32,973 nt of DNA from Chloroflexi bacterium UBA2235 (GTDB taxonomy: Bacteria > Chloroflexota > UBA11872 > UBA12225). A model generated the notes under the pieces. The model was not told the origin of the DNA. It made no database searches and worked only from the letters and a program-made list of their open reading frames with translations. Shown here piece after piece: positions 6,892 through 14,908 of the stretch. The position numbers and the translations under genes were made by a program. Position 1 is the stretch's first letter; the number at the start of each line of letters is the position of its first letter. Location: positions 11,416 through 44,388 of the forward strand of contig DDYL01000108.1 of the NCBI GenBank assembly GCA_002347925.1. The letters are read 5' to 3'.

Positions 6892-9800
6892 TCACGACAC
6901 GTGTCCGTCCTGGCCCGACGGCGGAACGTTCCGACGATGGCTCCGACCATCCCAGAGGGTCTCACGTGCGACCTCTGGATCATCCGTCGATGCAATGAAG
7001 AGGGCGGTTTGTTGAGTGTCGTCGTCGAGGATGCGCTTGGTTGCGACATCTTGGCCTGACGGGTGGTTCTGGGGAATTGCGTCGGGGTCCACGGGCCCCG
7101 GCGGTCGGTCCGCTGGCACGGTCGGCACAGGCAGGTGGTTGGCTCCGCCCCGTCCAATCGCCCCTGATTGCAATACGTTCGCGTTGGCCTGCCTCACCCC
7201 ACCTGATTCGACTGCGTTGCGTCCGGCCGGCCCCACCCGGTGAAGCTGGCCTTCACGCGGTCCAGACAGTGGACGTGATGGAGGCCATTGGCGGCGGGAG
7301 GTGGCCGTCCAAGGAACCACCATGATCACGACTGCGAGGAGTGCGGCGACGACGGAAATGGTGAACCCTGCTTCGGCGCTGGCTTGACGGAAACGCATTT
7401 CCACAACGTGCTGACCCGCAGGGACTGGGATTGCACGGAATAGGACATCGGCGCGCCAGACCGGCGCGTCACGTCCGTCTATGGTTGCGGTCCATCCAGC
7501 GAAAAACGAATCCCGAACCGTGAGGATTGCCTGCACGGGTGTGTCTACGCGGATCCTCAGGTACTCGGCGGATTCGGCTTCAATGACGACGGCGTCGTCT
7601 GAAAAGGTTATTCCGGGCGTGAGCGTCGTGTTGGCAATGCTTTCCTGCTCGGCGGGGGAGAGGTATCCCGCATAGGCGTTACGTCCAAGGAACTGCCAGA
7701 CGGCGTCCCTCCAGGGTCGGAGACGGGTTCGCCAAGCCGGTTCGTCAGGATCGCTCACGGGTGCCGTCTCGAGCACGACGCTGTCATCGCCCTCTGGTGC
7801 ATCGCGCAGGTAGTTGAGTGCCTCGGCGGCTGATGGTCGAGTGACCGCTCTGGGAAGAAGTCGGACACGCGGCGGAGGCTCGAGGAGGCGGTAGACCTTG
7901 ACATCAGACCGATGCACCAGTTGCACTCCGCCACCGTGGATGAGGCTAGCCGGCCACGACTGGCCATCACCAATCGCCGAGAGTGCGTGAAGCGTCGACC
8001 CTTGGGTGTCGGTTGCGAGCGTTCCTGTCGCTTCGCGGGTGACCGTAAAGGACGCGATGGTGGTGTCTTGGTTGACCGATACGGGAATCCGGACAAGGTA
8101 CGTGGTGGGCTTGGCAGGGTCTGTACCGGGCAACGGTGTGACCGTGGCAGTTTGGGCGGAGGTGCCACTCGTCCCTGATCCGACCGTGAACCGTCCGGTC
8201 CACAGTGGTGCATCGCTGGCGTCGCGTGCCGTGATGATCAAGGTCGCGATCCCGAGCTCGCTGGTCGCGTTGGACACGATCATTCCGATCGCCCGCACGT
8301 CACGCATACGCGGCCCGGGGGCGTCAGGTCCGACAAGCGAGGCGGTGAGGGATGCGGGCGCCGAACCTTGGGGAAGGTCGGCGCGTGCCAGGACCGACGG
8401 GAGGGCGAGGACTGGTGCCGGGATGGTCACCGGCATGCCCGCGCGCACGATGAGTGAAGCGTCGGAGTCGTAGTAGTCGCCGTCGATTTGCCGGTCGTCG
8501 ATCGTGTCGCGCAGGAGGTAGGTGACGCCCCACTGGCGCAGGCGGCTCAGTGACGGCAAGTTTGGAACCAGGTCCCGACTGAGTTGGTCGCGCAAGAGGC
8601 CATCAGGCTGGTTGCGTTCGGGCGGAACGATGAGTGACTTGAAGTCGACGTAGCGTCGGAAAGGAAGCACGCCACCGTCGTAGCCATCCACGACGGGAAT
8701 CTTGAACACCATTGGGAGATTGGGGTTGAGCGTGTCCTTGTACTTGGTGTTGATGAGGCCGGCCCCGACGCCTCGCAGGCCAAGCAGTGCCCCGTGGTCG
8801 CCCTGGATAAGCGGTGCATCGTAGGGTTGGTACCCGGTGCGTGCCACTGCAAGGACACGACCGGGGGGAAGGTTGTCCCGCAGGGCATCAATGACGGGGC
8901 GGCTGTCGGTATAGACGCCGGGCGGGTTTGGGTTGTTGTATTCAAGGGTGGTTGCAGATGCCCAGAGTTCGGTGATCGTGGCGACAGAGACCAGGATCGC
9001 CCCAAGGCGTGACGGTGCCGTTGCGAGGGCGATGAATGTCAGGACGACCGCGCCGGTGCCAAGGGCTGCCCAGACCACGATGAGTTGTGGTGCGGTTTCC
9101 TGGGAACGGACGTGCTGGGCTGGCCACAACAGGGTCGCAGCACCGCTCGCGACGAGAACGGCGATGAGCAGTCGGCTTGCGGCGATGAGCCGGTACCACG
9201 GACGTGGCGCCGCGGCACCGTGGTGGTCTGGGCCAGGTGACTTCAGGAATGAGAAGCCGGCGCCGGCGACAATCGAACCCGCGAAGGTTGTGAGAAAGAG
9301 CCATCTGGCCGGCACGCGGAAAAGGTTCATTCCCGGCAACGCAAAGATCCGCGAGTAGATGGGCGTGTGATTTCCGAGGGCGAGTAGGAGTGAGACAAGC
9401 CCAAGGAGTGTGAAAAAGAGGATCGCCGGGTGGCGGGCGCGGAATGTTACGCCGCAGAGCGCCAGGATGAACCCCATGAACCCGAGCCATCCTAGGTACT
9501 CATTGCTGGTGGGAGTGGCCAATCCGAAGGTAGGCAGCAACCCGACAAAGAGTTCCCTTGGCGGAAGTGAGAAGGCGACGGCCTCGCCCAACGGCATGCC
9601 GGCCGCGCGTATCGAAGCTGCCGTCAATTCGGTGGTTGGCAGTGTCTGCATGGCACTGAGACCAGCGGCGATGGCTCCGGACAACCCCAGAAGGCCGGTT
9701 GTCCATGCTGCGTGCCGGAGAGCGATGCGACGCCGGACCCATTCGGTGGAGCCGCCTGGGTGTCCCGGGTGGGTCGCTGTGGTGCCCTCCGTGCCGTTCC

Positions 9801-10515
9801 GGGATCGTTCGGCGAGCATCGCCCTGACCCAGGTGCCGAGCGGATCTCGTGTCGGCGCGCGCACGGGAAGGGCGAGGGTCCACCCAGTGACGCCGATTCT
9901 GAAAATCGCATAGGCGCCTATCGCGACGACGGTCATGTAGCTCTCTTGGGCATGCCCGGCAAGTAACTGGATTGCGAGGACGACACCGGTTGCCACGGCC
10001 CACCGGAGCGAGTGGCTTTCGAGTGCGTAGTGCAGCGTGAGGCACGCGAGGGGCAGCCAGGCCGCAGCATTGAGTTGGTTGAGGTGACCGACTTGGGCGC
10101 CGATGAACCCGGAAAACCCGTACAGGCAACCGGCAATTCCGGCACTCCACCAATCGAGATCAGCCATTCCCCGCGCAGCAAGGGCGGCGAACCATGCGGC
10201 GAGGAAGAAGTGCACCGCAACCGATGCGTTCATGGCGAAGGGGGCGGGAAGCACCAGGAACAGGACGTGCAAGGGATAGAAGACTGCACTCTGGAGGTTG
10301 GAGAGGAAGGGAACTCCGAAGTAGATCCACGGGTTCCAGAGGGGGATTCGACCATCGCGCAATGCTTCGGCGGCGAATGCCCGGTACGGGTACATGTAGG
10401 CCATCGTGTCGTACCCGATCACGACGAGGCCGGTGAAGATGAGCTTCCAGGCGAAGAGGAGCGTGGCGGCGAGGATGGTCAGCGCAAGCGCCACTGGTGC
10501 GACGTGTCGGCGCAT
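6892..10515 (-). CDS. YfhO-like polytopic membrane glycosyltransferase (GT-C type) with long C-terminal tail
   Basis: ORF 6892..10650. ATG 10515 (MRRHVAPVALALTILAATLLF) starts the first TM helix. About 12 or more hydrophobic segments are followed by a large extracytoplasmic domain. The typical YfhO C-terminal module is present (DSFFAGWTATIDGRDAPVWRADVLFRAIPVPAGQHVVEMRF), followed by a final TM helix. Confidence 0.8.
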   Translation of the reverse strand: MRRHVAPVALALTILAATLLFAWKLIFTGLVVIGYDTMAYMYPYRAFAAEALRDGRIPLWNPWIYFGVPFLSNLQSAVFYPLHVLFLVLPAPFAMNASVAVHFFLAAWFAALAARGMADLDWWSAGIAGCLYGFSGFIGAQVGHLNQLNAAAWLPLACLTLHYALESHSLRWAVATGVVLAIQLLAGHAQESYMTVVAIGAYAIFRIGVTGWTLALPVRAPTRDPLGTWVRAMLAERSRNGTEGTTATHPGHPGGSTEWVRRRIALRHAAWTTGLLGLSGAIAAGLSAMQTLPTTELTAASIRAAGMPLGEAVAFSLPPRELFVGLLPTFGLATPTSNEYLGWLGFMGFILALCGVTFRARHPAILFFTLLGLVSLLLALGNHTPIYSRIFALPGMNLFRVPARWLFLTTFAGSIVAGAGFSFLKSPGPDHHGAAAPRPWYRLIAASRLLIAVLVASGAATLLWPAQHVRSQETAPQLIVVWAALGTGAVVLTFIALATAPSRLGAILVSVATITELWASATTLEYNNPNPPGVYTDSRPVIDALRDNLPPGRVLAVARTGYQPYDAPLIQGDHGALLGLRGVGAGLINTKYKDTLNPNLPMVFKIPVVDGYDGGVLPFRRYVDFKSLIVPPERNQPDGLLRDQLSRDLVPNLPSLSRLRQWGVTYLLRDTIDDRQIDGDYYDSDASLIVRAGMPVTIPAPVLALPSVLARADLPQGSAPASLTASLVGPDAPGPRMRDVRAIGMIVSNATSELGIATLIITARDASDAPLWTGRFTVGSGTSGTSAQTATVTPLPGTDPAKPTTYLVRIPVSVNQDTTIASFTVTREATGTLATDTQGSTLHALSAIGDGQSWPASLIHGGGVQLVHRSDVKVYRLLEPPPRVRLLPRAVTRPSAAEALNYLRDAPEGDDSVVLETAPVSDPDEPAWRTRLRPWRDAVWQFLGRNAYAGYLSPAEQESIANTTLTPGITFSDDAVVIEAESAEYLRIRVDTPVQAILTVRDSFFAGWTATIDGRDAPVWRADVLFRAIPVPAGQHVVEMRFRQASAEAGFTISVVAALLAVVIMVVPWTATSRRQWPPSRPLSGPREGQLHRVGPAGRNAVESGGVRQANANVLQSGAIGRGGANHLPVPTVPADRPPGPVDPDAIPQNHPSGQDVATKRILDDDTQQTALFIASTDDPEVARETLWDGRSHRRNVPPSGQDGHVS
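7154..7218 (+). repeat. two adjacent copies of the C-rich interspersed repeat inside the YfhO tail-coding region
   Basis: Form 1 CCAATCGCCCCTGATTGCAA (7154-7173) has 16 nt identical to 5458-5473. Form 2 is CACCCCACCTGATTCGACTGCGTT (7195-7218). Confidence 0.7.
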
Positions 10516-10711
10516 GTTCGTCACCAGTAGTTGAACGCGTGTGCGTGTGGTGCGTGGCGGTTGACCGCGTGGGCGAGATGGTGGTTTCGCGCAATGCGAT
10601 GCGGGCGGGGATGCCTGCGGACCGGCGGGCGGGCGGGTCCCCCGAAGCATTCCGGTTCGGGCATGGGTGCGTGCGCACCGTGTTGGTCCGTACAGACCGT
10701 GAGGTGCTGGA

Positions 10712-11287
10712 TCACAACTCGTTCGCGAGCAGGATCGCCTCGGCGACCTCGCGCATGGACTTCCGGGCGTTCATTGAGAGCTTCTGGATCTTGCGGAACG
10801 CCTCGGCCTCCTTGAGACCCTGGGTGTCCATCAGGAGACCTTTCGCCCGCTCGACAACCTTTCGCGTCTCCAGTGACTCATGGATGTCGTGCAATTCGCC
10901 CTGGATGGTGCGGAACTCCCGGTACCTCGCCAGTGCCACCTCGATGGCAGGTGCCAGGTCACTCTCGCGATATGGCTTCACGAGGTATCCCACGACAGCC
11001 GGGGCGGTCCGGGCACGCTGGATCAGTTCCTGCTGCGAGTACGCGGTGAGGAGTAGCACTGGGGCAATCGATTCGGCGGACAGTTCCTGAGCGGCATCGA
11101 TGCCGTCAAGGTCGGGCATCTGGATGTCCATGATCACGAGGTCTGGACGGAGTTCGCGTGCGAGGTTCACGGCGCTCCGGCCGTCGCCTGCTTCACCGAC
11201 AACCACATAGCCGAGAGATGTGAGCATCTCCTTGAGATCCATCCGGATGATGGCCTCGTCATCGGCAAGCACGATTCGTACGGGCAT
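10712..11287 (-). CDS. ANTAR-domain response regulator (REC + ANTAR, AmiR/NasT/PdtaR type)
   Basis: The REC domain reads MPVRIVLADDEAIIRMDLKEML...DLVIMDIQMPDLDGIDAA. The C-terminal ANTAR helix region reads LETRKVVERAKGLLMDTQGLKEAEAFRKIQKLSMNARKSMREVAEAIL. Confidence 0.9.
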   Translation of the reverse strand: MPVRIVLADDEAIIRMDLKEMLTSLGYVVVGEAGDGRSAVNLARELRPDLVIMDIQMPDLDGIDAAQELSAESIAPVLLLTAYSQQELIQRARTAPAVVGYLVKPYRESDLAPAIEVALARYREFRTIQGELHDIHESLETRKVVERAKGLLMDTQGLKEAEAFRKIQKLSMNARKSMREVAEAILLANEL

Positions 11288-11358
11288 CGTCGGTTTCCGG
11301 TTCTCCGGGGGCGTCTGGTGCGAAAACGCACATCGTCAGAACGGCCGGGTGGCGGATG

Positions 11359-11425
11359 ATGGTAGCCATGGCTTCGGAGAAGCGTCAACCGTTGATTGAC
11401 TCCCGTTCCGATCAGGTGCTACGGT
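11359..11425. promoter_or_regulatory. candidate back-to-back divergent promoters
   Basis: Minus strand: TTGACG (11388-11383), 18 nt, TACCAT (11364-11359), for the ANTAR regulator. Plus strand: TTGACT (11396-11401), 18 nt, TACGGT (11420-11425), for the 11436 gene. The two -35 boxes lie within the near-palindrome GTCAACCGTTGATTGAC. Confidence 0.3.
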
Positions 11426-11435
11426 GGTTCTGATC

Positions 11436-11780
11436 ATGGCGCAAAACGTACAGCGATGGCTCCTTGACCGGGAACGGTTCGCGTGGGCGCGGGAACACGT
11501 TCCGGAGCGCAAGTGGTTCCAGATCTCCAAGTATTTCCCCGGGTATGTGCTGCGCCGGCAGATGGTGTACATCGATGCCGAGACCGGTGATGTGATCGGT
11601 GCGCAGGGCGGTGAGCAGGTGCCAGACGGAAGGGTGTTCCTGTACGGCTATGACGTCCAAGCCTTTTGCGGGATTGACGTTCCTGGTCTTGAGGATGCGA
11701 TGACGGCGAAGCCGCCGTCCAGGTTGGCCGCCCGAGGTACATCCGGCGACGCAAAGGCTCCCGCAAAGCCGGGCGAATGA
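11436..11780 (+). CDS. hypothetical protein (114 aa)
   Basis: ORF 11424..11780. Codon third positions are GC-biased like neighbouring genes, and the sequence is not low-complexity (WFQISKYFPGYVLRRQMVYIDAETGDVIG). I recognise no family. The start is ATG 11436 or GTG 11424. Confidence 0.5.
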   Translation: MAQNVQRWLLDRERFAWAREHVPERKWFQISKYFPGYVLRRQMVYIDAETGDVIGAQGGEQVPDGRVFLYGYDVQAFCGIDVPGLEDAMTAKPPSRLAARGTSGDAKAPAKPGE

Positions 11781-11835
11781 ACCCCTCGGCCACCCGGAGT
11801 TGTGGCTTGACGTGCCTGATGCGAGGGAATTCCCG

Positions 11836-12111
11836 ATGAGTGACCAGAATCGTTCCCGGTCAGGCGGGTCGCTGAAGGCGGCTGGGCCTGCTCCCACCGA
11901 TGGTGACAACCACGACTACTCTCTGATCGAAGGTGGCGCGTCCCCAAGTCCCGTTGCGTCACTCTTTGTGGTGGCGAGTGTTGGTTGCTTCGTGATTGCT
12001 GCGGTTGGCGGTGCAACTCTTGGCCACATGGAAATCGACCTGTGGTGGGCTGGCGGACTTGCGATGGTCATCGGCCTTGGCTTGGTGACACTGGTCGCAC
12101 CAGAGGCATGA
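11836..12111 (+). CDS. hypothetical small membrane protein (91 aa, two predicted TM helices)
   Basis: ATG 11836 lies 8 nt after GAGGGA (11822-11827). Two hydrophobic stretches: VASLFVVASVGCFVIAAVGGATL and WWAGGLAMVIGLGLVTLV. Confidence 0.5.
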   Translation: MSDQNRSRSGGSLKAAGPAPTDGDNHDYSLIEGGASPSPVASLFVVASVGCFVIAAVGGATLGHMEIDLWWAGGLAMVIGLGLVTLVAPEA

Positions 12112-12228
12112 TGATCGCGGGGCGGGCTGTGAAACCACCCGTCTCTCCCGGCTGATGCGGACCCGTGATGTCACGGTAGTGATGAGCGGGTGTGAGCTCC
12201 GCAACCGTGTCATCATCGCCACGGACGA

Positions 12229-12305
12229 TGGTCGGGGAGAGAGGACTTGAACCTCCGACCTCAGCGTCCCGAACGCTGCGCGCTACCAGGCTGCGCCACT
12301 CCCCG
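12229..12305 (-). tRNA. tRNA-Pro (anticodon CGG), CCA encoded
   Basis: The reverse complement folds as a canonical 77-nt cloverleaf. Acceptor CGGGGAG/CTCCCCG, D arm GCGC-AGCCTGGTA-GCGC, anticodon arm CAGCG-TTCGGGA-CGCTG, variable loop AGGTC, T arm GGAGG-TTCAAGT-CCTCT, discriminator A, then CCA. Confidence 0.95.
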
Positions 12306-12342
12306 TATTGCGCCGGTGGGACCGGACGCCACCTCCGATGGA

Positions 12343-12394
12343 TTGCGCCATCAGCGTGTCATCGACTATAGGTCGCTGATGGGTCGGGCGTCAA
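12343..12394. promoter_or_regulatory. candidate overlapping divergent promoters sharing one -10 region
   Basis: Plus strand: TTGCGC (12343-12348), 18 nt, TATAGG (12367-12372), then 6 nt to ATG 12379. Minus strand: TTGACG (12394-12389), 18 nt, TATAGT (12370-12365), about 55 nt upstream of the tRNA-Pro 5' end. Confidence 0.4.
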
Positions 12395-13479
12395 GCGCTC
12401 TTGCTTCGGGTTTGGGTGTAGGACGGGTTCCGACAGCAGGAACTTGGTCGCGCGGTGGACTGCTCGCCGGGGTAGCCAGCCTCCTTGCACTCGCGTCGTG
12501 CGAGTTCGGCGGTATCGGCTCTCTTGGGTTTGGAGGATCCGATGGTGAACCGCGCCTGATCTTTGGGTCTGAAGGCAATCTCGTCCAGTTGTCGGCAGAT
12601 GGGCGGTCCCGGAAGGTCATTCTCGCGGTGCCGTCAGGCGCGGTGGCGCGGGACCCCGCATGGTCGCCCGACGGCAAGCAAGTTGTCTACGCGTACACGC
12701 CGCCCCTCAACGTCTCGCGTGGGGCGTCGCCGGCGCTGATGCTGCCGGTGACCGATCTCAACCTCCTGGATGTCGCAACGGGATCCACGCGCCAACTTCT
12801 CGTGCATGATCGTGAGGGTGGCGCCTACGACCGTCCGACTTGGTCGCCGGATGGACGGACGATCTACGCGAATCACGTTGCGCCAATCCTTGATGGATCG
12901 GTTGTGCGCGACACCATCGAGGAAGTCGTTCGCATTGCCGTTGGATCGGGACTGGCGACCCCAGAGGTTGTGGTGCGGAAGGGCTTTGACGCGGCGCTGT
13001 CCCCGGATGGTCGCTATCTGGCATGGGTTAGACGAACCATCGACGGGCGCGCCATTGAGGTGGGGGAAAATGATGGGCTAGGTGCACGCACGGTGGTCTC
13101 ACCCACATTGGCGGACAACGCATCGTGGCCGCGGTTTTCGCGTGATGGAAGCAAACTGGTCTTCTCGGCGGCGAGTCCGTTCACGCCGGTGCCTACGGTA
13201 ACTCCACTGCCCCGGCGCGCCTGGCTGGGTGCAAGGGTTGCCTCGGCGCGTGGGCGGGCGCACGGGGTGCCGATGGACCTGTTTGCGGTTGGGGTGGATG
13301 GCACCGGGTTCAGTCGACTTACGACCTTGGGCGAGGACAGTCCGTCGGCTTCGTGGTCACCGGACGGAACCAGGCTTGCCCTCGTGTCAGGTGGCGGGAT
13401 TTACGTCCTCACCCCATCGTCCAACGACCTCCGGGTAGTCGATGCCGCTGGTGGACACGGGGCCATCGACTGGCGGTGA
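12379..13479 (+). CDS. TolB-like / PD40 beta-propeller repeat lipoprotein
   Basis: ORF 12247..13479, whose 5' part overlaps the tRNA. ATG 12379 gives a signal peptide with a lipobox (LLALASC). WSPDG-type blades repeat: [50 protein letters not shown]. Confidence 0.8.
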   Translation: MGRASSALASGLGVGRVPTAGTWSRGGLLAGVASLLALASCEFGGIGSLGFGGSDGEPRLIFGSEGNLVQLSADGRSRKVILAVPSGAVARDPAWSPDGKQVVYAYTPPLNVSRGASPALMLPVTDLNLLDVATGSTRQLLVHDREGGAYDRPTWSPDGRTIYANHVAPILDGSVVRDTIEEVVRIAVGSGLATPEVVVRKGFDAALSPDGRYLAWVRRTIDGRAIEVGENDGLGARTVVSPTLADNASWPRFSRDGSKLVFSAASPFTPVPTVTPLPRRAWLGARVASARGRAHGVPMDLFAVGVDGTGFSRLTTLGEDSPSASWSPDGTRLALVSGGGIYVLTPSSNDLRVVDAAGGHGAIDWR

Positions 13480-13494
13480 CGTGGGGAATCCGGG

Positions 13495-13517
13495 TTGCGA
13501 TCAGGGCCGATGTGGGG
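13495..13517 (-). repeat. copy of C-rich interspersed repeat (form 1), reverse orientation, intergenic
   Basis: The plus strand reads TTGCGATCAGGGCCGATGTGGGG, against the reverse complement of the core TGCAATCAGGGGCGAT-GGGGTG. Confidence 0.5.
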
Positions 13518-13534
13518 CTGGTTCCCGGGATTCG

Positions 13535-13564
13535 TTGACAGGTTGCGCCGGAATGTGCCATAAC
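13535..13564 (+). promoter_or_regulatory. candidate promoter of the bS22 gene (would give a leaderless mRNA)
   Basis: TTGACA (13535-13540), 18-nt spacer, TGcCATAAC (extended -10-like, hexamer 13559-13564). ATG 13573 lies 8 nt after the -10 and has no Shine-Dalgarno sequence. Confidence 0.45.
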
Positions 13565-13572
13565 AAGGCCAC

Positions 13573-13662
13573 ATGAGTTCGGTCATTAAGAAGCGTCGGC
13601 GCAAGATCTCGCGTCACAAGTACCGCAAGCGTCTCAAGCGCGAGCGTCACAAGCGCAAGTGA
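13573..13662 (+). CDS. 30S ribosomal protein bS22 (29 aa, Lys/Arg-rich)
   Basis: Not in the ORF track (too short). It translates to MSSVIKKRRRKISRHKYRKRLKRERHKRK*. This closely matches my recollection of the mycobacterial bS22 signature [21 protein letters not shown].... It is followed by a strong terminator. Confidence 0.8.
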   Translation: MSSVIKKRRRKISRHKYRKRLKRERHKRK

Positions 13663-13703
13663 GCGTGCCGTCTGGGAAACCGGGCGGAGCCGCACCAGGA
13701 AAC

Positions 13704-13743
13704 GAGGCACGTCCACACCAGTGGGCGTGCCTCTTGGTGTTTA
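13704..13743 (+). terminator. intrinsic terminator after bS22
   Basis: Hairpin GAGGCACG-T-CCAC[ACCA]GTGG-G-CGTGCCTC followed by TTGGTGTTTAT. Confidence 0.75.
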
Positions 13744-13813
13744 TGTCAGTCGTGATCAACGTCTCCGTGGTGCAGCGGTCCGTCAGGTCACTCGGGTATG
13801 ATGGGTGCGTCAG

Positions 13814-14908
13814 ATGGGTGAGACGGGCGACGTTTTCGACGAGCGGTTCAATTTTCGGCTTGAAATTCCCGGCCCAGATGAAGATTTGGCGGACTTGCCG
13901 GACGAGCCCCATGCAGCCAGCCGCAATCGCGGCCGGGGCAGGCGCACGATTGATGGGGAGAGATTGCCGGCTTCTCTCACACTGACCGGCATACCCGTGC
14001 TTCGCCACCCGACATTGGTCTTTGCTTTTGAGGGTTGGAATGACGCGGGTGAGGCCGCATCTACGGCAGCCCGGTTGATCGTCTCCCAACGAGACGGAGA
14101 CCGGTTCGGGTGGGTCGATGCGGAGGAATACTTCGTCTTCACCGAGACGAGACCCATGGTCAGGCCAGCCCGTAAGGGTCGCCGGCGTCAGATCATCTGG
14201 CCGACCGTCGATTTCTTCACGTGTGTCGACCCCTCTGATGCCCCCGAGGCGCGCGACCTGATCGTGGTGCTAGGAACCGAGCCAGACCTGCGTTGGCGCC
14301 AGTTCGCTGACATCGTCCTCGACGTGGCGAGGCGCATTGGCGTTGAACTCGTGGTCGGTCTGGGCTCACTGAATACTGACATTCCCCACACGGTGCCTCC
14401 GCATGTGTCGAAGTCTGCAACGAATCAGGAACGGCACCCATTGTTGCGTCCGCACAAGTTCGTGGCGAGCAAGTACCGCGGCCCGACCGGGATTGTTGGA
14501 GTCCTGACTTCGCGATTTGCGGAACGCAAGTACCCGGTGCTGTCAATCTGGGGGCATGCGCCGCACTACATCTCTGCCAGTCCGAACCCGGTCGTTGCGT
14601 CACGAATGTTGCGGGAACTCGTCCGGATGGTTGAAGTCTCCCTTGATCTCCAGACCATCGATGATGCAGCGACCAGGTTCGGTGACCAGGTTCGCGAAGC
14701 AGTCTCACGCGACCCTGAGGCAATGGAGTACGTCAGAGATCTCGAACGCCAATACCGTGAAGGTCAGGGCGACGATGATGAAGACGATGACGGACCAGCA
14801 GTCGCGGGCGAAGAATTGCCGAGTGGCGCGGCTATGGTCGACGCACTCGAGGAATTCCTTCGCCGCCGTCACCGCCCACCGTCCAGTTCAGGGCCGTCAT
14901 CTACCTGA
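13814..14908 (+). CDS. PAC2 (proteasome assembly chaperone 2-like) family protein
   Basis: ORF 13805..14908. Signature LRHPTLVFAFEGWNDAGEAASTAARLI, then IIWPTVDFF...VVLGTEPDLRW..., and an acidic C-terminal tail. The start is ATG 13814 or GTG 13805. TATGAT (13797-13802) lies just upstream. Confidence 0.8.
   Translation: MGETGDVFDERFNFRLEIPGPDEDLADLPDEPHAASRNRGRGRRTIDGERLPASLTLTGIPVLRHPTLVFAFEGWNDAGEAASTAARLIVSQRDGDRFGWVDAEEYFVFTETRPMVRPARKGRRRQIIWPTVDFFTCVDPSDAPEARDLIVVLGTEPDLRWRQFADIVLDVARRIGVELVVGLGSLNTDIPHTVPPHVSKSATNQERHPLLRPHKFVASKYRGPTGIVGVLTSRFAERKYPVLSIWGHAPHYISASPNPVVASRMLRELVRMVEVSLDLQTIDDAATRFGDQVREAVSRDPEAMEYVRDLERQYREGQGDDDEDDDGPAVAGEELPSGAAMVDALEEFLRRRHRPPSSSGPSST

Noticed and set aside
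12112-12228. Genomic island or integrated element at the 3' side of tRNA-Pro
   Set aside because: No integrase, no direct repeat of the tRNA 3' end, and no obvious compositional shift within the window.
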